Shown: in pieces, positions 50,640 through 62,536 of the stretch | Position numbering within the stretch: position 1 is the first letter of the stretch | How the letters are laid out: the number at the start of each line of letters is the position of its first letter | Source: Raillietiella orientalis | Lineage: Eukaryota | Assembly (NCBI GenBank): GCA_036172245.1 | Contig: JAYWIR010000033.1 | Span: forward strand, 558,001 to 622,000 | Length of the DNA: 64,000 nt | Direction of reading: 5' to 3' | Notes under the pieces: model-generated | Told to the model about the DNA's origin: nothing | The model's input: only the letters and a program-made list of their open reading frames with translations | Databases searched by the model: none | Translations under genes and position numbers: made by a program

Positions 50640-50845
50640 AAGATTGCAAAGTGTTACATCATTATATTGAAATGCCTGAAAATTGGTTTGGATGTCTTGG
50701 AGTGATACTGGCAACTTTGAATTCATCAGTAGATTGAATGTTGCTGTTGCAAGTAAACAAGGTAGCTTAGCAGAGTTAATCGCTGAAATGAACAGTGACA
50801 TCACAAATGTGAAGGTAAAATCCAGATTACAAAACTTCTTCACAA
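50640..50845 (+). pseudogene. RelA/SpoT C-terminal ACT-domain fragment, alphaproteobacterial-like
   Basis: DCKVLHHYIEMPENW / SW..FISRLNVAVASKQGSLAELIAEMNSDITNVKVKSRLQNFF. Confidence 0.65.
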
Positions 50846-51250
50846 AGCAGCCGGAAAAGCATATACCTCTTTGGTGAGAGAATTTATAGTGAAGGCTTTA
50901 TAAGAGCAAAGATGATCTGTATGCTAAATGCTTTGTACTCAGAACCAGGTGAGCTTGAAGTTGATATAATTTTAATTAAAGAGTCAGCTGCAAACATGCT
51001 TTACAATGACATAAAAATGTTGTGCAATACCAGAGTACAGCACAGACTGGAATAAAGATGATTGTGATGCGTTTTATGAGCAACTTCTTGCAAATTCAGA
51101 AAAATGCAGGAAGTCTTGAAATCGTAGCAAATGATGGGATTCATTTTGGATCTGGTGTGCAGGTTGAGATTGCCAACTAGACTCAATAAAATTTGCTGCA
51201 TGCGCATATTTTATTCTCAAAAAGTATCATCAGTGTCAGGGTTTCACAGA

Positions 51251-51360
51251 ATGGCTATAGCAGTTTTGATGCCAGCTCTTTCTCCTACAACGAGTAAAGG
51301 AAATGTTGCAAAATGGATCAAAGAAGAAAGTGATTTGTTAGAACCAGGACAGATGATCCA
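51251..51360 (+). pseudogene. Pyruvate dehydrogenase lipoyl-domain N-terminus (PdhC/PdhB type)
   Basis: MAIAVLMPALSPTTSKGNVAKWIKEESDLLEPGQMI matches the MPALSPTM.EG.LAKW.K.EGD pattern. Confidence 0.75.
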
Positions 51361-51589
51361 AGACAAAGATATTGGAGGCTATTCTGGAGTCAACTTCAAT
51401 CTTCGATATGCCAGGAACAGGTCTAATAAGTCAGCTATGTACTATAGAAAAGGTTTTATTTAGGTTTCCTGATTATTTTCCTGACATCACTTCAAAATTC
51501 GAAGCTATCAGAATTGATCTGCAAGTGGTTAACCAAGCAGTTGAGCGCAAAAGATCAGAACTCATTATTAATGAAGATCTTCATTTGCG

Positions 51590-51845
51590 TATGCTTCAAT
51601 TACTACATATCTAAAAAGATCAACTATCTCTGCTATGCTGGATTGGTCTTGGAAGAATTTTCTAATTTCTGCAGTAGTAATTGGTCCAAGTCCATTAATG
51701 TTTATCAAACCTTCCTCATCTGAAGTTTTCACAGCAGAAAAAAAAGTTGTCAACGTCACCGTAGTGAGTGGAGAGTAACTTTGCAGCTGATTTTCCAACA
51801 CTTCCAATGACAAGTGAGTATATAAAGTTCCCTAGAGAAATGTTT
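51590..51845 (-). pseudogene. ligA: NAD-dependent DNA ligase HhH fragment
   Basis: ISLGNFIYSLVIGSVGKSAAKLL / EEGLININGLGPITTAEIRKFFQD. Confidence 0.72.
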
Positions 51846-52084
51846 CTTGACTTCTGATTCATCCTTGATCATCCACGTATCCTGAATAGCCGACCTAGAT
51901 TTATTGATAGATAAAAGTGAATGGATCACTATGTGCAACCACGCAGTTTGAAGAGAAATAAGATTTGCACCAAGATCTTCATACAGCGTAATGAATATAC
52001 ACGAATCACGTTTCTCAGGATGTCAAGCGTCCAATTCCTTATCGAAAAATAATTTGTATTGCAAGCAGGAGCAAACCTTAGCGA

Positions 52085-52315
52085 ATTACGCTTGCTGGGG
52101 TTTTAGGGGAGCTTATGTGGATTATATTGCCTGCATATCTATTTTCTAAAAGACTAGAAATAGAATCTACTTTGCGCGTAAGAACCATTTTTGCTATTTC
52201 TGCATTGCTAATTGCTCGCTTTTCTAATAAAAGCTTCTTAAGGAGAGCACTTAATACGAGTCTTGCAGTCTCATTCCATATTTTATGATTCTGGATGATC
52301 TGGAATCAAGCTATT
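52085..52315 (-). pseudogene. F-type conjugative coupling protein TraD-like fragment
   Basis: LIPDHP / IWNETARLVLSALLKKL..SNAEIAKMVL..SSLLEN..AGNII..SPKTPASV resembles the TraD LIP..FW..AR..KTA.S.R segment. Confidence 0.5.
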
Positions 52316-53344
52316 GTCTTAATGTGGGCTAAGTGGTCTCTTTCACTAAGGAGTCCCCGGTTCTCAGCTCGCATGTCAAACAGATGTCAAACATGTCAAT
52401 ATAATTCGAGAATCAAGGCATTATCTTGTAAAAACTCTCTACCACTCTTTGGATAGTTCAATGCATTCCATATAATTCCTATACCTGAAGAGCCAGGCAG
52501 AGCCTTCTTTAAAAGCTCCTGAAACTGCTATAAACTTTGTATGCGCCAAGATTATCCAAGTTTCGTGCAATCTCCCCTGAAAGCTTATGTCGCTTGAATA
52601 CGGATATAGTAAAGTAATAAAGTAGTAATAAAGTAGTTTCCAGGAATTTACTTTTTAAAACATTCTCATCTCTATGTAACAGGGGTCCTTGCTTTCCAGG
52701 TTTTGGTCCCCTCCAACATCTCTGAACTTTACATTGACATCTGTAAAAATCACTTGTAGAAATAGTTTTTAAAGTTGGGAACTATTCTTACCGCAGTTGG
52801 AAATTCATGCGACTAAAATCCTTCACATAAAGTGGCTGTAGAATGCAAATTCTGCAACACCATTTTCCTTGAACTATGCAACTGTAGCAGGTGACCGAAG
52901 TGTGGAAAACAAACCTTCACAGATGCCTAAGAGATTTAGCTTGGTTTGCGAATTGCCACTTTAATCTTTGATAACTTCTGAACAAGCCATTCAGAATATA
53001 TGTTGCATACATATGAAATCCTGCACATGGTCAGCAAACTATTATGCTTCTGCATGTGCTGCAGCAGTTCCCAAACACAAGAGAAAGCGTGCATCACCCA
53101 TTCTTACACCAAGCATTTGGAAGTTGTATCAATGAAAAACATGTTCCAGCAGAGACTTACAATTCTGCAATCGAATATCCAGGTTTTGGAATATGTGCAG
53201 CCTCCCACAAACCGAGCTTGCAAAACTGGGCTTTAGGAACTCAGAAGACATGGAATGCTTCTTTGGAAAACACATCACGTCTCAAACACTGAGAGCTTCG
53301 TGTACTCCTTTCAATCCATAGAGTGCGAACTTTAACTGAAAGCC

Positions 53345-56300
53345 AACACATTTAGGTTGTGGCAACGCCAATTGTGAGAAACTGATTAAGGGGGCAGCAT
53401 GTGATCTCACACTGCTAGACACCAAACGGGTACATGTTCCCAGGAAACCGTCAACTCCTGCTTGGAAACACCAAAGATTGCTCGATTACTACAACTGGAT
53501 TCCTCCTATGCAGCTGAAAATTGCATACAATCCCCATTTTCCGATTCCTGGAGGCGGGAAACACCATAACCTGGCAGCACACTAGGCAAGCAATCAACGT
53601 AGTGCACCCAAGAGCACTTCCCCATTGCAAACGTTGCAGCTGCCTGGATTTTGGAATAGTGAACAGTATATGCAACTGTTTCGTTTAGGATAGGTCATCA
53701 ACATACTCAGGACAGCAAAGACGTGCTAATTCTCAGTGCATTCGAAAAACAAAAGACAAGTGAGTTGGCGTCGGAGAAAAGCATTCTGCCAAAATAGCAT
53801 TCAAATGGTTTAGCTGAACGGCAGGAGTGCAGAAGTGCAGTTTCCTCTGCAGCATTCATCTGTGGTTTGGTTTTTCGATGCCTCGGACTCGAAAATTCTA
53901 AGGGATGATGAAACGGAACTTTGGATGAAAACAGTTGCTCAATAACGCGGAGCTGCCGTCGCCCTCCGCGGATGTGAGAAGAGTTTTCGGATCCAAAGGA
54001 AAATCCTCATTTAGGAATCTCAAGGCGACGATTTCACAAGAATTCACACAAAAGTTAGCTTGAAAAGAAAATCTGTTGGATACATAGGTTCAGATTTTCA
54101 AGATGGCTTTGAAACATGCTCAAAATAACAACACCATTTAATAACCAGATTTTCAAAAATGTACTCACTTGTGTGTCGGACGGCACGTTTCCTCGGTTTC
54201 GGTGGAATCTGATGAGCTGCACGAAGCTTCTTCACTCGAGCTGACTTCTTACACTGAACATCATGCAATTCAAAAATTGAATTCTGAATTCAAAAAAAGA
54301 AAAAGCTGTTTGTCGATGATTGTTTCGCGTACGCTTGAGCACGTGCAGCATTTGAATAGTGAAGGGTAGTTTGGATTCGGATATTTTTCGTTTGTCTTCG
54401 GAAGAACAGCAATGATATCGATGAGAGGTTACCCGTTTACTGGATAGTCACTATATGTAATACATGTGGTGATTTCTTGTCTTGGTAATCCTGTTTTCTA
54501 CTGTAGCCACTTGAAGGCAGGTGAGTCCATTCAAAAGAGCAAGTGATTCTCCAGTGTTCTGAGATGCACTGTTCCTGAATGGTTTGGGAAGAAACACAAT
54601 AGGCATGTGGTGCCACAATTTGGGAAAGTAATGAGCACATCATAGCTAAAGCACTTTGGAAAGTTGATTTGCATCTATTATGCAGTGGATGGGTCTACTT
54701 TAGTTCATGGATTTCACACTGGTGACACAGCAAGAACAAAGAGCATTTCTTGCATGTGAAAGGTTTGAAACCCTCCAGCTGCACAGCATTTAGGAAGCAA
54801 AATATTCTCAGTGGTGAGAAACCAATAATAACTCGCAAAGTTATCGGTCTGAACAGAATTGCTGCGATGAGGAGGAGAGGTTGCTACATGAATGCCAGTT
54901 TTTGTGACCAGTGTTCTGGATTCCAAGGAAAGAGAAACGGCAGAAGATGGAAGGCATTGGTTCCAGGGGGTTCTGTAAACTGGAACACTATCATCTTGGC
55001 TATGCTGAAGATGCAGGAGCATCAAAGGTTGCTGACGTACGTTCAGGCAGGAAAAGGGAGAAGTTTTCAGGCTAAGGATAGGAATGTTAAAATGATTAGC
55101 GTAGATGACATCTGAGAAACGATTAGGAATGAACAAAAGCATTGGGCTGGAACTGCAAATAATGGTTTGATTTCCACTGTACATGTAGCATGTGCTTTGG
55201 GGGTAATAGGAAAGATGTGAGGCTCGGTGTAATCAAGCTCACCCTCAAGAAAAAAGCTAGAATGCTTCTAGCAAGCTGCGAGTCATTTTAGCAATGTGGA
55301 AACACAAGGTGAGCAGTTCAGTCTTTCAATGTGGGTAGACAAGTATAGGCCTACCAGCAACTTGGAAATGGTAGGACAGCAGAGTCTGTTAATAAGCTTC
55401 ATACATGGCTCCAAAATTGGCAGAATAGGCGGCTTGCCCACAGATCTCTCCATGCATGCAAGCAGGTCTTAAGGTGGTTTGGTTGCAATTCCATTCAAAA
55501 GTTTTTAGGTGTAGTTGCAAATAGTGCTGATGCAGCATACTTTAAAGCAATCACACATCCTGACCCTCTATGCATAGGTTGATCAATCTTTCACCTGGCC
55601 AAGTATCATGTCCTTCTGATTAGGGCAAGCACTGCTACACTGACTGAATGTTACAAATGCAAGGTTAAAGCATCCTTCGCAAGCAGAGGAAGCACCTATT
55701 CTTAGACATCAGATTTTACTGTTGCAGTCCAAAGAAAAAAGTTATTTTGTTATGATCATGGATGAAGTGAGTAAGTTGGAAAAGTAAGTTTCTTTGCTCT
55801 TATGGGTCCATTTAGCAGCACAGAGTGCTTGCAGACCAAAATGTTTGCTGGAAAACTATCAGCAGGAAAGAAGAATCAGGGAAGAAGAAAACTCAAGCAT
55901 TGAAGGAAACGGCTCTCTTTTGTAATTGTTTCCGAAGTTTGTGTTTCCACGTGCTGCACAAGAGGAAATGCTCCCTTGTTGCATGGAATTCCTTGTGTCC
56001 CAGCATCCCAAGAAAGGGGGTGCCTCTTATGCAGGGAAGAATCGTTCAGGAGAACGGAGGGAGGAGCGCAAATCCCTGCACAGTTGGGTCCTTCGCATTC
56101 CTTGCAATATGCTGGCGAGGTCCTCTGCATGACTTTCCAAGTGGAAGCACCTCGAGCCCACCTGTAAGATCCCGATGTGGAAATGAGTGACTGCTGCTGT
56201 GGAGTCCAAAGCAAGGGGGAAGGTTCCCCGGAGAGGAAGAGAGTGCACTAGAAGGTGCACGAATTATTCGATTTTCCAGCATGTGGCGCCGTTTGGTTTG

Positions 56301-59300
56301 GCGCTCCCCTGCGTCCTTTATAGCAAGGCTGATGTCCTGGAGGCAACATAGGCAGTTCCAAGGAACAGTCTCTTTTTGCTAGGATTCCTTCCCTAATTCC
56401 TCTACCCGCAGAATGTATGCCCAATTCAATCACACACGAACTTGTTTCAAACTGATTCCTGGTGTTGAGATATTCGTTCCGACGTGCTCGGCTGCTGCTC
56501 TCTCTGCACCACTGTTCCATGATTTGAATTTCACATCCATGGAAGCTTCGTGAAATAATCTGCTTGCAGACCCTGCCGAGCATGAATTCTTGAAAAGCCA
56601 AGCGTGGAATAGGGAGAAGGTTTGGTTTCGTGCTTACGATGGAAAGCAGCCTTTCTGCGTATAAGAGAGCCTAAAACTCGATTCATTTTCGTGTACATGT
56701 GCAGTGTTTTTTGAAAAAGTACGTCCACTGATAAAACACTTCGCATGATTCCAATTCTTTTTCGTACAATAGTCGTTACCTAGAAACTAATAGTCATCTA
56801 TACGCGAACACTTCAATGCTAGACAGTGGATCTTTAGAAGGGAGTGGGCATTGACGAGTCCACTGGGACGCACCTTCAGAATCATAAGAAGTGTTCAGAA
56901 AACTTTCTGGAAGGTACTCCGTTTCGGATAGCGGAGGATCGAAATGCACCAACGGCCATGATGGAGACATTGGTTTCAGTCGACGCGACTCCAATGAGCC
57001 ACGTTTGGGAAATATGATCCATTCCAGGAGTCGGCATGATCCCTAGCCGCGTGGCTGAGCCACACCAAGTATGAGAAATGCCAAGTTGTCATTGTAATAC
57101 TACAAATGGGAAAGATTCCGCGATGCCATGGGCATCACTTGAAGAACGACGAATTCGGAAAGACGATTGCTGAATGTGCAGTGTCGGCTTTGTGGTGGCT
57201 TTGAAGATTCTCGTGGGAACAACGGTTGAACAACGCGGCATGCAAGACGAGCCGTTTGTGGCCGGAAAGTGTGGAAAGCAGAGGCCACAAATCGTAAAAC
57301 TGACGATAGGAGAACGTGAGAAGCCTCTTGTGCATTCGTAGGAGACCTCAGATTGCAAAAGAACACCGACATGAGTGGAAGAACCGAGGAATGTCTTCAA
57401 TGGAGAAGACGTAGGGAAATCATTGCGAAAGGATCATTGAAGAGTGGTGAAGAGTGGAAAGGTGCAATTTGAAGGTAAGCTGTTGTTGGCAAAAGACTTG
57501 GTGAGATCAAACTCCGCGCTGTCTGTTCCACCTCGAAATGCACATCTTGAAGCGCACGGGAAGAGGCCGAAGAGCGGGAAGAGCGGTAGAGGGCGGCTGC
57601 GCTTTCCGGTGGAAGTGGGCGTGGCGCTGCACGGTTGTGTTTCCGTTTGGAAGAAATGCTGTGGCTCAAAGTGTGTATGGTGGAATGGTCAGGTGGCAAG
57701 GCATGTAGGCATTCGAGGAGTATGTGATCGCTGGGAAAAGGAAAATGCCGTTAGCAGTGAGCACTTTACGGTAAAGGAATTAATTTTTTGCTGTTTTGGA
57801 AATTGCTGCAAGAATCGCGAAAAAGAAAAGTGCTGGAATGCTTGTGATTTCTTTTGCAGTGATGGGGATCAAAGAAAGGAGTTCACTTGCAATGCTGCTG
57901 TTTTTTTTTTTTTCACTCATGAGAAATCGAGAATCGTCAAGAAGCAATGGAAGGGCGACCAACTAGAGTTTAGAGAACTGCATTTGTCCCGTTTGTTCCT
58001 CCTTGCACGTTTACTGTGACGGCGATTGTTCACAGGAATGCTCATGAATGAGAAAAGGGTGTGTTGATGTTCTGATTCTTGTGGTGAGATGACTTGGGAT
58101 GTTATGAGTTTTAGCAGGAAAGGTTTTGGAACTGTTGGACTTGCACTGCTGACAAAGTGTTGAGGTTTGCAACGTTTCTGTTCATGCCATGCTTTTTGAC
58201 AGCAGGGCCTGCTGAGAGTAGAGTTGACTTTTTCAAATTGTAGGTGCAATCTAAGGTTGTGAGCACTCAGCTGTGCAGGTGGTTGACAACGTGTTGTTTT
58301 GTGAAGTTACCATGCAAATGTAACCTCATGCAGGTATCTCTCCGATATGAGTTATATCATTGAGAAGAAGTTGATATGCAAAGATACTCGTATGTGAAAG
58401 CATCTCACAATAAGTCGTTCCTGGAGATGTTGTTTTCTCTTGGCGGTAAAGTTAGTTACACTAATTTGTTTAGCAGTATGCCAAGGCATTTTGCGAGTGC
58501 CCCTGTCAGGTCTGAGGCTGATGGCAGATCGTTCGGATTTCTGGTTACAATCACGAGATCGTCTGCAGATGCTAAGACCTTGGGATTGGCAATGCTTTTC
58601 TGATGCCCTGTCATAGTGATTGGATCCCAATATGAAAAGAGCTTATATAAGGGGTGGACGTGTTTGGGGGTTGTAATCTCCTGGGTAAGTCCATCGAAGG
58701 TTGGGCTTGCACCCAGGGTTCGAAAGTATGTGTAAATGGTATGGTTGACATCGTTCAGTGTATCCATGGCTAACTGGCATGTTTGCACATCTTTTGTTTG
58801 TGATTGCAAATCGCGCAATTTTCCCTTGAAACTAGTTTGAAATGGAATCTTGCTGTTCAGGTATGGATGAGGAAATTTCGAGATGAGTATCATCACCTGT
58901 AGATTGGAGTGTGATGTAAGGAGATGGTCTGCTTGTGGGATGAGAGTAGTTCTTGCAGAAGTGGGAGTTGGTGCAGTTTGTTGACTTGTAGCAAGTGGCA
59001 TGCTTGCTCTCTGGCGGATGAGGAATGTGAATTTGTGAGGATGTTCTTGGAGAGATCCCATTATTTGAGAGATTTGACAAAGGAACTACAGAATGGTACT
59101 TCATGTCTAAAGGGCTAAAGAAGATGTCCTGTTTGAGATTTGATTGCCAAGGTTCTTACTTGATTTGGTACTTTCGATTAGCATCTCATCTGATCCCATC
59201 CACAGTCGACTTTGCTCCCAGGATGGAGTGTTTCAGTCTGGGAGTTTCGTACTGTGGATTCTGGGAATGCTAACCCTTTCCAGATAAGACGCGAGTAATA

Positions 59301-59720
59301 GGTAGTCCTTTGCTCCGAGCTTGTGCAATAAGTTTATCATGTATCTGAACATCATTGTTTTATTATGACATCTGCCTGGAAATACCAAAGCTTATGTGGT
59401 GTTCTGCAAGGTGCTTCAGAGTTTATAGTCCTTCATGAAGTGCATAGATAAAGGGATTCAAACAATTTGTTGCAGAGTTTTTTTACTTCAGATTCTAGAG
59501 TTCATTTCATTTTTTTGGCACATGGCAATTTCTTAACCTTAGTTTTTAAAGGAATAACGTGTGACCCCATTATATTTGAAACATGTATTTGTAAAATAAG
59601 GTAGAACGTGGTGACAAAAAATTCATGCAAAATTCAGTGCAACGCAAAATATTTGTGTATTTTCATGAGACAGTAGTGAATGGTTAATATTTTGAGGTCA
59701 GTAAAATGGTTATTTTCCTG
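53345..59720. repeat. Right arm of large inverted repeat (with extra internal blocks)
   Basis: Reverse complement of 44315-48420 in collinear blocks; contains unpaired segments such as about 54950-56250 and 56750-57290. Confidence 0.9.
54770..55775 (+). pseudogene. RFC1: Replication factor C large subunit-like remnant with short apparent introns
   Basis: AAQHLGSK; VFVTSVLDSKERETAED; EDAGASK; KMISVDDI (BRCT); WVDKYRPTSNLEMVGQQ; NKLHTWLQNW; MIMDE followed by GTGAGT. Partial mirror copy at about 46940-47140 (-). Confidence 0.7.
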
Positions 59721-60768
59721 GTTTTCCATTTTATGGTCCCCAAAATGTTTCAGTGCATTTTCATAAAGTCAAATATGGGAAAGAAATGAAATACCAAGCC
59801 AATTTAGATTGAATTCTTCGAAGTTTGGGAAAGTGGGAAATTCTCTTATTGTGGAGAGTTTGTTCTTTCTGGAATAGGAAGGCCCTGCAAAGTGGAAAGT
59901 AGGGTTATGGATAGTATTTAAACAGCAAATACAAATAGATAAGAGGAAAACACAATAAGGTTAACAACGCAATGGGAAACTAAATTGCTTATTTGACTCT
60001 ACAGACTGGGCACTAATGTGTTCTGTGATGAAAATGTGAAAAAGAGTGGTGATGTTTTGTGATTTACTTTTGTCATTCTAGTATTCGTCTTGAGGTAATC
60101 TGAAATGCAGCGAGTTTATTATTATGAAAACTGACTGCAATGTTTTGTAGATGTCAAAGCAAAGAAAGTTCTTGGAAATTCTAATATGGAATTGCTGATA
60201 TGGAGACTGCCTTTTCAGTTTGAAAGTTAAATTTTCCTTGTTCAAATTGATAAGAGAAGTAACGCAGTTTTCCAGACTTGCATCTTTCAGTTTGGGCGTT
60301 TCTGCTGTGGTATTCGTTTGGAGTGGAATGTCATGCATTGAAGTGTACTGTGATATTGTTGCATGAAAAAATTCCAAAATGCAACTATTTACTCATTGCT
60401 GATTGTTGTTTAAATTATTCTCATGGCAATTATGATGATAGAAAGTCTGCAGTTATTCAATGTTTGAAGCTAAATCAAAATCTTTGGATCTTTAACATGA
60501 TGTGTTATGAATCTTGATTTATAATTTCAACTTTTTTGAGGTTTGTGACAGATGTTGCACTGAAAGTTGACTGTGCATAAATTTCCATACAGCAAAGGCA
60601 AGATTTTTTCTTCTTGTTTTTGCTAATCGGTATGCTTGGAATCAGAAGTTCCGAAATATGTTGCCTACCCATCTTACTGAACTGCAAATTGTTTTCTTGA
60701 AAAGCATTTGTTAGTATCCTGGAGTTAATTTGGGGTGAGGGCCAAGTCATCATTATGAATGTGGTGAG

Positions 60769-61286
60769 GGGGTTGGGGTGTGCTCTGCTTCGTGTAAGGC
60801 GGAGGCATTCTTTTACAAAATTTATGTTTTTACTATAAAATTTGGTGTGGTTGTTGAGTATGAAGAGTTCGTCGGCGCCATCTTTTATGAGTTGGAGTAT
60901 CTAGCGGGTAGATGATTTTCGATGTTTTTGTTAAAAATTTTAGGCTTACCAGGTCTTGGTAGTCCTGAGGCTCGTTGGCTTCGTGTAGTTTGCCGAATAT
61001 CTAAGCTTGTTTATCTTCCTTTGTGCAGTACCGTAAGTTGCTCTGCGGACTGCCTCCAGCTTTTTCAAGATGACTTTTTTGGAAAGTTTTTCTTTTTAAT
61101 CCTGGTAGTGTTCGAGGTTCTTTTAGTTGGAAGAATCCTTGAAGGTGTGGTGTTCGGGTTTTTGCGATCTCTGCCTATGCATGCGAAGAGGCAGTTAAGT
61201 CGGCACCGGTTCATGATTTCTTTTAAGTCGTCTTCGGTGAAGTTGCACAGGGTAAAGCACCAGTTGAAGAAGAGTGCGTAAGGCAT
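60769..61286 (-). pseudogene. rep: Rep HUH endonuclease half
   Basis: Motif I WCFTLCN, motif II TPHLQGF, motif III NLRYCTKE (frameshifted); ends ECLRLTRSRAHPNP. Confidence 0.88.
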
Positions 61287-61337
61287 CTTGAAATTCACTG
61301 TAAGTGCGACTTGTTTGTGGTTGTCTGCGTGTTGGTA

Positions 61338-61343
61338 TTTATA
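61338..61343 (-). promoter_or_regulatory. Candidate TATA box for rep
   Basis: TATAAA on the minus strand about 50 nt upstream of the rep ATG, next to the origin. Confidence 0.45.
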
Positions 61344-61362
61344 CTGCGTAACTGCGCAGAAG

Positions 61363-61397
61363 ATGCAATCTGGTAAATAGTATTACCCAGATTGCAT
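61363..61397 (+). other. Rolling-circle origin stem-loop with nonanucleotide TAGTATTAC
   Basis: ATGCAATCTGG-TAAATAGTATTAC-CCAGATTGCAT: perfect 11-bp stem, nonamer at 61378-61386. Confidence 0.93.
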
Positions 61398-61643
61398 TTC
61401 GCTGACAACGCAAAACCTTGGGAAATTCGTTATGTTGTAATAGATATGTTGGGTGGCTGGTCTTTGTCCGCAATCGTGGAAGACTTTGGAATGCGGAACA
61501 AGCTGTTGCTGTCCACGTGGGAAGTGCGTGGGCGTGATCCGACCTCGTGGAAGGCTGATAAAGTCGGATGGGCGTGCCCACCAGCCAGACTTAAAAAGGG
61601 AGGGGGGTTAGTGTAGGTCGCCAGTACGCTGTCAATCAGCAGA

Positions 61644-62513
61644 ATGGCGTAAGCTCGCGCTGTTCGTTCTAGAAAACGAAAGCGTGTAGTATCTTCTGGT
61701 TATGTAAAGCGTCGTCGTTGGAATGTCCGTCGTCGTAAATGGAGGCGTTTGCGTGGTTCACGTTATCGTTTAGTGAGAACAACGCGTGTAGTTGTGAGGG
61801 ACCAAACGCAGGGTGCCACGCATTATTCGTCTTTGAGGACTGCCGACGGGGATGCAGTAAATTGTTCTTGGATGTTTTGTTATTTGGAGGATGAACCTTA
61901 TGTGAAAGACTTGTTGAGGAATCGTAATTTGGAGCAATTCGCAAGATATAGGTACATGCGGGTAAAAGGCTTGTCTGTAAAGATAGAGCCCTTATCTTTG
62001 GGCTTAACAATTGGCAACATGGGTGAAGAGTTCGGATGAAAGTTTCGTATCGAAATATGTTGTATCAAAGTCATAAGCAGGGCGAGACTTTTGGAAGTTT
62101 AACTGGAATGCCTTATAGCAGGGTGGAAGATGTTATTGCTGGTCATGTCGAAACTTCTGGTTGTTTTGATCGTTATTTCGGTGTACGTGGATTGAGGTTT
62201 TACTCCATAGCATATATCCGGGATACGCTGTTTGAGGAAGGAGGAAACTTGTACAGATTTCGGCGTTTCCCTTGGATTGATTGTTGGCAAGATTGATTCT
62301 TTGGATCCGGAAACTTCCTGTCGTGTGTGTTTCCATAGGATGCATGTATTGAAGCATATGTCAGGTGTGGATATACCTGATGAATTGAAGGAAGCTTGTC
62401 AGTCTGGTGTATGTCCCAAGAATGGAAACCTGACCAAAGGCTATCCGATATTCAGAATAACCACAAGATACTATATATGGTTTAAGCATCTGAGAGATGT
62501 TAGTTTATATTAA
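61644..62513 (+). pseudogene. cap: CRESS capsid protein (stop at codon 3, two frameshifts)
   Basis: Arg-rich N-terminus RSRKRKR..KRRRWNVRRRKWRRLRGSRYR; FARYRYMRVKGLSVKIEP strand; about 290 codons. Confidence 0.8.
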
Positions 62514-62536
62514 ATGAATGAATTGCAAAGAGCTAT

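Noticed and set aside
49345..52315. Bacterial contaminant contig
   Set aside because: Fragments are short, frameshifted, apparently non-syntenic and embedded between eukaryotic repeat arms; read-level confirmation is still needed.
48430..52600. CRISPR-like array interpretation of the fragment patchwork
   Set aside because: No repeated sequence separates the fragments and no cas-like genes are visible.
44315..59720. Polinton/Maverick or giant TIR transposon
   Set aside because: No integrase, protein-primed polymerase, packaging ATPase or transposase recognised; no TSD found.
60505..60753. Possible Penelope GIY-YIG-adjacent remnant (SCLCCMEI..TF..VTN)
   Set aside because: No GIY/YIG motifs recovered; similarity too weak.
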